Origin: Orbicella franksi
Taxonomy: Eukaryota
Assembly: GCA_964199315.1 (NCBI GenBank)
Contig: OZ116700.1
Coordinates: forward strand, 10,788,001-10,852,000
DNA length: 64,000 bases
Direction: 5' to 3'
Positions 36,901 to 48,900 of the stretch are shown piece by piece. Numbering within the stretch: position 1 is the stretch's first letter; the number at the start of each line of letters is the position of its first letter. A program made the position numbers and the translations under genes. The notes below the pieces were generated by a model that saw only the letters and a list, made by a program, of their open reading frames with translations, ran no database searches and was not told the DNA's origin.

Positions 36901-39900
36901 ATCAGGCACCTCTCTCAAGAGCAAGTCAATAATAATTTGTATTTTTAAGCAAAGAGTTTAAAGGTTACTGTAGACCTTTAAGGGACAGTGTTTTTGCTAA
37001 AAACATTTTTCTTTGCCAAATTTCTGATTACTATTTTACCGGCATTTTCCCCACCAAAAATATTTCAAAAACTTGAAACATGCATGAGTTATACACAAGA
37101 AGTCCACAATCTGCTAAGTGTTACACAATGTAAGTCAATTAGAAGAGACCTCAGAGATCTCAGACTTGGATTTCAAACTTCAAGTATATATGCTTTTATT
37201 TGCTTTCAAAGGCTGTGCGCATCCTCCAAAGCCTTAGGCAAATGATCAAATTTAAGAAATGTTAACCTGACTCAACACTGAATGAAAATGTCCTATTGTT
37301 AAGCAAGAGCTTATGTGGTTGATTTTGTATGCTTACTGTAGCAAATCACTAGTAATAATAAAAAATTGCGAGCTATTTAGATTCCACCTCAGGTGTGCAA
37401 TCCAAGCCATTGACATCTTCTGTAAATTTAATTGCTTTACTGTGATATATAGCGAAGGACACCTGCAAAGGTATAGGGTAACTTAAGAAGTTTGTAATGG
37501 AAAACTTAATTGCAAATTAAACTCTGAACTGTGTTGAAGTTTCTTAAAATCATCTTTAATCTCTGGTGCAGATATCACAATATACTTAAACCGAACTGTA
37601 AATCAATGTAGAATATTTTTTTTGATGTTAATAGTCAAGAAGTTTGGAAAACCACTGTAGGGTTATAAAATTTTGAAGCAGACAGAGAAAGATATGTATT
37701 TGTTGTAGGCAGTGCTGAGCGTTCAGCTTCTGTAAGATGCCTATGAAGCAGCATCTCAGCCAGAAATGCACTTTATGGAACACCATAACCATAAAGGCAC
37801 TTTAGTTGTTGCCATCCATGACTACTAGATAGCTTTCGCCCGAGCTCATGGCAAATCCTGCATTGGAAAAACAAATGGTGTGACCTGTTTGAAAACAAAT
37901 TATGAAAAAGAATCACTTCTTGTAATGCTTACTCTACTCTTCCAGCTCTGACATTCTGTTAACTAATTAAAGTATGATTTTGTTTGTATCTTGATAGTGT
38001 GGAATGCCATCTGCTCACAGTACCCCTGTGACAACAGAATCCAAGGACGAGGGGGATGAAGGTTATGATGCACCTCTCCCTCCCCTCCCTATTGACGATG
38101 ATGGTTCCTCTTCAGAAAGCAGCTCAGACGAGGATGAAAGCATGGAGAAAAAAGTGTCTGATGAAAAGGCTGCAGTAAAGAAGAAAATTTACGATGAAAT
38201 TCCTCCTGATCTACTGGCAGAACTTACAGCTGGGCAACACAAAGGAGGCAGTGAAGCAACCAAAAGCCAAGACTCTATTTGCGATGAAGGATCGACCAAT
38301 GACCAATCGTTGGACTTCACTGACAGTCACAGTGAGCACAGTGGGAATATCAGCAACAGGCACAGCTATATTGAGCCTATAGCGAGTGATGATGCTGTTA
38401 GCTCTGAACTTAAAGAGGAGGAGGAGAACATGGAAAATGTGTCAAGGAAGAGAACTTCCACAGTTCTGAGCATTAGCACGGAGTCAGTATGTTCTGATAC
38501 GGAACACGCAAGAACTAGTTCAGTTACTTCTGACACAAGTGTAACTTCCAAAGGTTTAGGTCCCAAAGTGAAGAGAAGAAAGAAACTTGTTCCTGCCGAA
38601 GCTGAGCTTCAGTTTCTGCAAGATCCCTGTGCAATGCACAGTGGAATCTTGTATCAGAAGCGCAGGTTGGGTGTCTGGTCAAAACGCTACTGCAAGATTA
38701 TCGACAGCAGATTTAAGTGTTATCGGTAAGTGGCAATTGTAACATCAATTGGATGGAATGGAAACCTGTGGTTAAGTGGTCAAGAACACCTGAAATGAAG
38801 ACACGTGGTGAAAGCAAAAATTTGGACATTACCCAAACAATGAGTCAAATTGGCAACCTCTTGTGATTGAGTAATTTGTCAATAGTTTGAAGTCTGCAAT
38901 AAACTTGATTGTTGCTGTAAATGTTTTTGTCTGCAGAGCAATCATGGTTATGTTTTTGTTTTTGTTTTTTTATTTTAGAGAAAGTAGTCCTGAAATTTAA
39001 TTGGTACACAATAACATCATAAATTACCACCATCATTAATGACACTTTTCATCAAGTACACATTGGCTCAAACTTTTAATTACATTGTACTATGTGTGAG
39101 ATAAAAAAATGAAACTGTCTTTCAAGGGTTCTGATTGGCAATGGACAAGAATACAGGTCGCAACAGATATTTTGAGTTGGAGTACTGGTTCAGTAATTTG
39201 TTAAGTTTATGCACTCTTGTCTTCTCAGAAATCCAGCTGACGAGAAACCAAGCCTGAACTTTCCAATTCTTGGTTATGATGTAAGTTTGATTGACAACAA
39301 AGAGTCAAGGAAGAGTTACTGCATCAAGATATCGCACCCTAGCCAGGAGACTTACTACTTCGCCACAGATTCACGTGTCTCGATTGAACGTTGGATTGAG
39401 GTGCTGTCTTTGGCTGCTACAGGGAGGCTTGACGTGATTGCCCCATATCCTCCTTACTTTTGTGCTGAGCAATCTGGAGATGAGTTAAAAAGTAGGTCAA
39501 GGGAATCATTGCTTAGTAGCGAGGTAAGACATGTCGTAACTAGGTGATTGATGTGCAATTCATTACCTGTGGAGTTAAATGTACTGTGCATGTGTTACTG
39601 GAGGGTGTCCTGTCACAGTGTTACACATTTGTAGCAAGACAAAATAAATTCTTCTTTTGTTTATTTTAACTTTTTGCTTTTTTTTAAATTAAGTAAGCCT
39701 TTATTTAGTCACTGAAAAACAAGTAACATACAATAAAATTTACAAAAATTGAAATGTAATAACTTGCAAAAGTAAATTACAGCAGGTGAAAATAGCTAAC
39801 TGAAAAGAACTATTACACATAATCTACGAATTACAGCAGTTACATGTATAAACACTCACAAGAATCTAACAAAAAAAAAATGCTCTAAAGAGTGACAAAG

Positions 39901-42900
39901 TCTCAAATCCTTTTTTTGTCTACCCCGAGCTTGTTTATATGAGGACAGCAGGGTAAGGAGTTATATTTAGCAATATGACCAAAAGGCAAACTCAGTGACT
40001 CTATCCACTGTTAGTTGTTGAGCGGCAAACTACTGATTCAACTTTCAAAGCCAATAGCAACTGAGACTGTGCAGTTTCACTGTTTAGACATAACCCAGTG
40101 GCTGGTCAATATTTACTTGGTTGAAACCTGAAATATTCGTACTGTAAAACTAATTAAAAATGAACTCAACCAATATTTCACCAACACACACACCTCACAG
40201 ACACACTAGTGACCAGCAACACTATACATATTCAAGAAATGGAAAACATATTTTGTGTTTCTATCAAAATTTGGAAGCAGAAGTGGGAGTTAATGATACC
40301 AAAAAGGATCTGTAAACTTGGGCCACATACAATTCTAAAGAAAGGCTGTGAGGAAGACCAGAACCATAGACGAGTGTTTCAACAGCTACTCTAAGTGCTC
40401 TTAAACGGCCATTAGTGATTGTATAATGCAGTAGAAACAAGAAATATTTAACAATTGCTCGCCAAAGGCTAAGTGAACATTGGTGAATATTCACTAAGAT
40501 GAAGTCAAGGTGAATATTCGGCAATGTATAATTTTGAGAGGTGAACATCAAGAACTACAAAATAATGGGCTAAAACAAGAAAACACAGATGCAATTGTTC
40601 ATTTGCATACATGTATGCAGCCATGGTTTTAATAATAAGCATACAGTTACATTGATTGTGAATCAATTTACACATCGATTTCAGGATCATTTTAGCTGTA
40701 GAACAAACAAGTGAAATGCCTTTTGTTATCGTTTTTGACTTCATTCACAGTTGTCATCATGATCTAAAAGTGAGTAGCTTTAGTTTGAAGAAAAATATGT
40801 GTTGGTTAATCGATCTGACCTGCTGGCGATCAATGTAACCACTGCGTTAATGATTCTTAAATGCCTTGAATATGAGTTCTTGAAAAGACTTTTGGTCCAA
40901 AGGCGACAACCATCATTTTGAAAATTCTCCATCCTGTCAGATATCCTGCACTTGGAGTGATGTCTTTCAAGTAAATGAAAATTTCATTTAGCAACTGTCC
41001 ACCATGTTTACTTACCGAGATGGCAGAGGTGGCGAGCTTAGTACCCAAGCCTTGGAAATGTTATATTCACCACCTACCGTAGTAAATATAGCATCATAAG
41101 CTGAGCTTTTTGACCAATCAGTATGTCCAATTCTTATATTCACCTCTGGAAATTATGCTAATTATCGTCATTAATTTTGAGGGAACTGCTGAGAGGACAT
41201 TGTCACATTTATCTTTGCTAGTGTAATAATATTATTGTTCTTTGTGTACAAGGTGTTTTCCAAATTGTTTAGCCTTTATGGCAAATATAAGTAATTATGT
41301 TTTATTTTTTAATTTCTGTCGTCCAACAGGGAAGGCTTTCGGATGATGATAGTGCAGACACTCTGGATGAGTTGGACCCTCCAGCTGAGAAAGGTCAGAG
41401 TCTCAATAGACCTGAAGCAAAGGAAGAACAGAAAATATTACCTCCTGAGACGACATATGCAGTGCTGCCTAATGAATCTAGGTATGTACTGTTTATTGGT
41501 AGTTCTTCCAGACAGTTATGTAACAGCACCGGTGTAGTGAAGTGGGAGCTGCGGTGGCCTCATGGTGGGTGTGTTTGACTCTGGATTGAGTGGCCAGGGT
41601 TCGAGCCCTGGCCCTGGACACTGTGTTGTGTTCTTGGGAAAGAGACTTTTCTCTCATAGTGCCTCTCTTTACCAGGGCTGTCAATAAGGGCTGTAACCTG
41701 TAGTACCTGTTACGGCTGAGTATGTTTGATGGGCCCTTGATGTTACAGGTGAACTTGCCTGTAGTTGACGCAATTCACCCAAAAAGTAACATGTTTGTTA
41801 CATGTGTGAAGATCAAGGCTACAGGTGAATCAAAACTTAATTACAGCCCAGGTGTATAAATCGGTACCGGTGAATTTAATGGGGGTAACCCTGCGATGGG
41901 CAACCATCCCATCCAGGTAAGGTAAAGTCTGCATACAAGCCAAGTGACCCATGAGGCCAGAGCTTATCCCGGTTTCAGTGGCATGAAGTGACCAGGAGTA
42001 TTTCTACTCCCCCCTGGATGGGATGCTAGTCCATTGCAGGGCTACCTCCAGCATTAAATTCAGCGGTACCCATTTATACACCTGGGTGGACAGAGGCACT
42101 GTGAGAGTAGAATGTGTTGCCCAAGAACACAACCCAATGTCCCTGGCCAGGGCTCCAACCCGGACCACTCACTCCAGGGTTGAGCACACTAACCATGAGG
42201 CCACTGCACCTCATCCCATCCAGTGGGGAGTAGAAATACTCCTAGTCGCTTCATGCTACTGAATCTGGAGATGAGCGTTGGCCTGATGGGCCAGTTGGGT
42301 CGTATGCAGACTTTACTTTCCACTGCTAGTTCTTCCAGACGGTTAGTTATGTATATCAACATCAGTGTGATGAAGGGCAGTGGCCTAACAATTATCACAC
42401 TGTACTCAGAATCAAAGATTTAAATTCAGTTGTCATAAACAAGGAACAAAGTAAAATTCTGTCGTGCCAGTGGCAGTTGAACCTATGACCTTGTTCTAAG
42501 TAAATTTGTAAGGGTCATGTTGATTCAGTAAGTTCACTGATTACATGTACTTGTGATTTTGTGCAAGAAGTTGCAAGATTTGATTTAAGTGCTGGCCGAA
42601 TGTTGTTAAACTTGATGATTTTCTCATGTGCTTTCATGCACAGCTACTCAATATGTCAGGTGATAAGCGAAGGACTACACATGATCTATGCTTTAGAGAC
42701 TACTCACAGATTAGAAGGTCTTCAGAATGGGCTTCTGAGTGGTGATTTCCCCTTTTGGATAACATTTACTATTTTTGTTGTTTTGGGCACCAGAATGGCT
42801 GCTACTAAAACTCTTCTTCCCTTTATTATGTTCATTATAAGTGGTGTTTCTTTTATGACAAGTGCAAAACAGAATAACAGTTCTTGGAATAATCATCCTT

Positions 42901-45900
42901 AATTAATTTTTTTTTCCAGAAATGTGGAAGTTTCAGTCCAAACCGAAGAGAAGTGTCAGGAAGGTGGAGCTGAACAGTCTCCAGAGACTGGAAAGAAAGA
43001 GAGAACACAAAAGAAAAGGAAAGAAAAACCAAGAGAAGGAACGAGTAAGAATAACATTATTATTTAATCTGTTGTTAAATTGGAAAAGCAGATTTGGCAG
43101 CATGGTCACAAAGTTAGAAATGGTGGTTGTTCATTATTTACCCCAAAATTGTCTCGGCCAAACGGAGATTTTCCGAAATAAACGGCACGTCTTGAAAGGT
43201 AGTTTAAAATTTCCAACCGAAAATATTCGAATGGAAAATGTGCTTGCCATTTGCAATTCTTCACTAGTTCCAGCCGCCATATTGGAATTATGATCAGGCC
43301 GAACTCATCCTAGGCTCTGTCGGTAATTGGGGGTTGTTAAGTAAATGATAAATGGCCAATCCGAAGGGAACGTACCAACCGGGATTTTTGCTTACCATTT
43401 GCGCAAACCGTTGACGAATCGGTTTCTCCGCGTAAATGGTACACAACCGTTATTTTCCCAGGAATTTGTACGACTTGGTCACGTGTGTTTTCCTACACTT
43501 TGCATTTTTTTTTCCCGTGGTTTGTGCTGGTCACATGTATTTCCTTGAGTTTTAATTGGTCCGTTGTGTTGCTTACAGTCTGTGATTGGCCATTGTAGTT
43601 GCTTTGGTTTGGCTAATTTCGACTAATTTAATTTTAATTGGATTGTTATTGTTATTTCAGAAACACCGTCTACCATGAGTCCTCCTCACAGCATGTTCAT
43701 CAGTGAGTCTGTTGACGGGCAGGCCAAACCTGAACCAATGAATGAAGAATACGCCTCACTTCCTCAAGGCAATGCAAAGGTCAGTTGACTCTCCGCGGCT
43801 AAAACTCTCTCGCATTCCATATCTTTTCCTGCCCTTTTTCTTTCACACTGAAAGCAAGATGGGGAACGGATCGTCTACACGTGATTTTCGATGGAAACGG
43901 GAGAAAAAAATGGACAATGTAAATACGCAGTTAAACAAATATATTCCATGCTGCTGTGCGTCTGTTCAGTAATTGATCATAGATGACGTAAAAATGTGGA
44001 AAGAACAAAAAAAGTGGCACACGAACCGTTAGGCGAGTGTGTCACTGATGTTCTTACCACATTTTTTGACGTCTTCTGCATGCCAGTGACACATTCGCCT
44101 AACGGCTCGTGTGCCACTTTTTTGTTCTTACCACATTTTAGCGTCATCTATGATGAAATATATAATTAACTACCGATAAGTGAAAGGGGTGATTTTTCTT
44201 GTAGTGTGCAATCTTGTTTCGCCAGTTGAAGAAAGGGCCGAGAATGACTAAAAGCAAAATCTGAAAAATTCACGACCGTGTGATCATAAAATATTTACCC
44301 CTTGCGTGAAAACCTATCGAGAACTTTACAATTTATAATATGAAAAGACAACAATACACCAATTGTAAAGAAGCGTTGGGTAGTGCAGAAGTAAATTTTT
44401 ACTTTCTCGATTTGTGGGAAAGCCTTTATCCATGATGCTTACCTTAAATTTCGGATTGTTTCTTTGATTCCCTTAATTTGAGACGCCTAAATTGTACGCA
44501 CTCTGAGATGTGATACTGTCATTCTGTTGTTTTGATTTGTTCCTTCTGTCGTTTAATTACAGGAGACCAGCGAAGATTCTACCGCCAAGAAAGACAAGCG
44601 TTGGACAGACACTCTGAAAAAGAAAAAGCTATCACGCGGCAATTCCTATGACTACAGATTACGGGGAAATGTCACACCTTTGACTCACCCAGACAGCGCT
44701 AAGAACAAGCATCCAAGTATGAGAAGAAAGAATTCACAAACAATCGTCAATTTGACGAATTTGTTCGATAGAGAAGGGCGTTTCTGTGGTTACCTCACCG
44801 AGGTTAGGTACAATAAGTTTGGTACAACGCATTTAAGACGGTGGTGTGTTGTTAAGAACGGATTATTAATCCTCTTCAACAGCGAAAGAGAAGACACGCC
44901 TCAAGTAAAGCTGTCGCTAGTGGATATGTGGCTTACGGACAAGAGCGAAGAGTCTCGAAACAAGTTTTGCTTTGCGCTCGAGGACAAGGATGGTAACGAG
45001 ACGACCTTTCAGACGACAGTCGAAGAAGATTTCCAGAAATGGATGGGTGTACTTGAGTTGTTCACGGAGTTACGCGTGGAGAGACCGCAGCCTGAAGTAG
45101 CAGCAGAGCCCCTCGGAAAAACAGATTCTTGTGCCAGCGATTTGGGAGACGGATCGTTTGAGCGGGGGACTTTACGAACAAAGAGTTCCCGCGCGGCCGC
45201 TAAAATAAAGGACGAAATTTACGCCCTGGCTCCCGGGAAGGTGAGAACGTCGCTAAGAATGAAGCTATCTCAGAGAAGGAATGTGATTGATTTTTTCCGG
45301 AAAACACACAGCTCGTATGACTTAGAGGCTGGGGCGCCTCCTGAGGGCTCGTCCCTCCCGGAAGCTGATGTCGACACCTTGGCTGTTTTCGGCGGCAATT
45401 TGAAACAAGTAGAATCAAACGGTTCGACGAATTCAAGATGGTGTACGATCAAACAGAAAGAACTGATGATTTTCTCAGACCGTAAAGCTTCTGATCCACT
45501 TCGGAAAATACCTCTGTTAAGATCAGCATTCGGTGATTTGAGCGACGATGAAAGCAGCCCGAACAGGTTTCAGATTCGTTTTTGCAACGAGACCCTTGTG
45601 TTCGAGGCATGCGATAAATTTGATCACAACCGATGGCTCCGAATGCTGGCCTCGGCGATCGAGAGACGAAACTCGAGCGACGACGACAGGCCGAAGTGCG
45701 TCGGTCGGCTAACTTCGCCAACGTTTACGAAAAAGAAGATACTACATCGGAGGAATCGGAGCGAGGCGTTGTCACAAGATGGGGAGACGCCTACATCAGC
45801 GACCAAGACACGTGAAGGTTCTACAAGTACTACTGATAGGCTCATGAGCGGGTATCTTCAGGAGGTCCGTGAAACCCACGGCGCTAGAACTCTTTTGCGC

Positions 45901-48900
45901 CGGTGGTGTGTAGCGACGAGCGAGGAGTTCATCGTGTATGAGAATCAAAACTCCAAGAAAGCGTCGTTTGAGTGGGAACTCTCACAAATGTCCGTTCAAG
46001 ATCAGAGTGACATGGATGCGGGGTCGTTTGGGTTTCGTGTCTCTCTTGGCGCGGAAAAGGTGTGTTTTAAAGTTATTGATGAAGACTCCGCGCGACACTG
46101 GTTGAGCGTGTTAGCACGCTATTGCCATTCAGTTGCGGCGAATGAACCGCTAAGGTCGAATAGCAAAGAGGACAGAAGGCGCTCTGCGAGCGATAACGAT
46201 CTGAAATCGAAATCGACCGAAGAGGACCCGAACGTTCTCGAAGTGCTTAGCGAAGGAAGGGCGAGCGGACGAAAGCTCATGCGAAGGGCAACCGAAGATT
46301 CGACTTTCTTCCGAAAGTTCAATCGTTCCGAGTTGTTCAAGGCGCCGTGGCGAGCGTCTACAGAGAAGCTAGAGGTAAAGATGAGGGATCGGGAACGATC
46401 AGGCCGAGCGGCGGCTAATAAGGCCTTGAAAAGGTTCTCTTGCGGCAGTCTATTCGACAGCGACGGAAAGTACACCGGCCATCTGATGGAGCTTATAACC
46501 CACGAGTTGTACAGTAGTCAAGTGCGAAGATGGTGTGTCCAGAAAGATGATTATTTATACGTTTACGACAACGAGGCCGCTGATGAACCCATTAAGGTTA
46601 TTCCTCTCTGTAACGCCAAAGTACTGGATAACAGTGACGTCGAAGGCTGTGTTTACAGATTCAGAGTCGATTATGGCGAGGGGAAGACTGTGTTTTTTCG
46701 AGCACTAACTCGCACCGATTTGGAAAAGTGGACGACTGTCATCTCAGTGAAGACCGCTGTTCTGCTGGACCGGAGCGAGAGACAGCTCAGACGCAGCCGC
46801 ACGTTTAGTTCAGAGAAAAGCTCCAGTGAAAGCGAGGTAACCTCACCGATCATCGATTACAGAGCCGCCCGAACTCTGACTGCCGACTCTGGTTCTTATA
46901 ATGAAACGGTTTCCATCTGGTCTGCTGATAGTGTCTTTGACCCAGCAAATGATCCCAGCTCAGAAGGTTTAAAACCTGTTAATCCAGATTACGAAAACGT
47001 TACATCTCCTGTAGAACGAAAAGATGAACAGCCACCGAATGAGCAACGCAACGATTTGCCTTCAGCCGTAAGTACAGTTTCGGAAGCTGAGTTTTCTGGT
47101 AGCAACCGAAAAACTGGCAGTAGTCTTTCGAGTATCGAAGACTTGAGTCACGTTTACGAGAATTTCTTGGCCTTCGCTTCCGCGATGGCTGAAAGAAGTC
47201 CCGAATTCCAGGAACAGCTTTATCACGTCTACGAGAATGTTACACAAGCGCTGGATAGAGGAAATCAGGGAAGCACGCAAAACGAAGGACAAATTACAGA
47301 AGAGCTCCCTGAAGAGGTCCGGCAAGGAAGTAACGAGGGAAATGAACTGGGGAGCCCTTCGATGGAAATGTCATCAGAGTTCGAAAAGATCAGTTTACGG
47401 GAAAATGACGAGAAAGACTCTTCCAACGCGTACAGATACTCAGGAATCTCTGGCGAATCCGAGCTGGAGAAAGTTGTGGAGGATGCCAACGAAAATGAGC
47501 ACCATGTTCTGGATGCCGCGGCTGAAGACGAGAAGAGTGCACAGACTGAAGCTAATCAATCAGACGTGATGGTGAGGGGTGGTTCTGCGTGTGAGACTGC
47601 GAGCGCAGCTGTTGTAAGTGCGTCTAGAGGAGCTGAGGAGTTGGTGGAAGTTCCAGTTAGCAGTGGCAACGAAGACCTGGTGCCGAACGAGGATGTTGTC
47701 AACGAAAGCGAGCAGGAAACAGTCGCGAACAGGAACGACAACGAGATTGAAGAGATTCGTGATTTTGAGAAAGACACGGGATGCATCAGTGTTGAGGATT
47801 CCATCAACATCAGTGATGGACTGTACGAGTTGCAATCAGAAACTGGTGAAAACATGAATGAAGTGGCAACAAGTCAGTCGTCCCTACAAGATGAAAGCGT
47901 TCAAGAAGATTCTTCCAGCCGTCCTTTGGTTCATGTCGACCATATAAGTGCTGTTGAAATGGGAGATAGCTCGCTTTATCTGGTGGAACAAGTAAACGAC
48001 CAAGTGGGGCGAGAAATCAAGGGTGAGGAGTTTAGCGGGCCTTTTGTTCAGACAAGCGATGTGTTAGATGCCGTTCGAGTTTCGACGCCGTGTGACAGCA
48101 ATAGTTCTGAAACCCTTTTGGAACGGGGTTGTCTTGCTTCGACTGTTGAAAAGTCTGCTTCAAACGGGGACGATGAAAGCAGAACCTCGAATCTTGAAGT
48201 CCAAGATTCTAACAATGCTCTTGAATTTACTGGAAATGATTTCAACGTTGAAAACGACGATGAAAGCTTGAACAAGCCCGAGGTCTCTGAAACTGAGCCA
48301 CCGAGTTTGAGTGCAGCGGAAGACGACGAGTATCAGAAAGAACTTCAAGATGGCGAGCGTGGCACTGAAGGAGGCAAAACATGGAACAGTGCAGATACAA
48401 TCCTTGAAGCGTCCGAGAATGTTTGTGCAGCTAAAACTTTCGAGCCATCTTTACCAGTTACGTTGAAATGCCCCAAAGAAGCCGAGGTTCCCTGTGAACA
48501 AACTCTTGCGTCGGAAGTTAACTTATCTGAGCACGCGCAGATTTGGGAAGAAGCTGTGACGCGCGTAGATGAAAGTCCTTCCTCGACAACGCAAGACTTC
48601 GAATTAGAAAGTCACGCCCTGCCAGAATCACCGAACAGTGATCTTGAAAGTGGAGACTTCACCTCTGCACAAGGCAGCCCAGAGGTTGAGTCTTACGAAG
48701 TGGGTAATGATTCAAAGCAAGAATACAACGCCATTAACAATGTCGACCAGTCTCTTTCATCTAGTCTGCCTGGGCAGACCAATCGAGAAGATTTCAGTCC
48801 AGAAACCGGGATAGACTCTGCCAGTGCTATTGAGATTTATTCAGAAACGGTCGCGAACTTTCCAGAGGAACGTTATGCAAAATCCAACCAACTTGAACAA

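Larger units (their letters stand above)
41544..42321 (+). mobile_element. tRNA-derived SINE (host copy) carrying two nested insertions
   Basis: Head GGTGGCCTCATGGTGGG...GGTTCGAGCCC, core CCCAGGTGTATAAATCGGTACC...GCGATGG, resuming at 42213, tail CAGACTTTACTTTCC. Confidence 0.85.

Noticed and set aside
41544-41620. tRNA gene
   Set aside because: A- and B-box-like head only; it continues into the SINE core and no cloverleaf is evident. The same applies to the other SINE heads.
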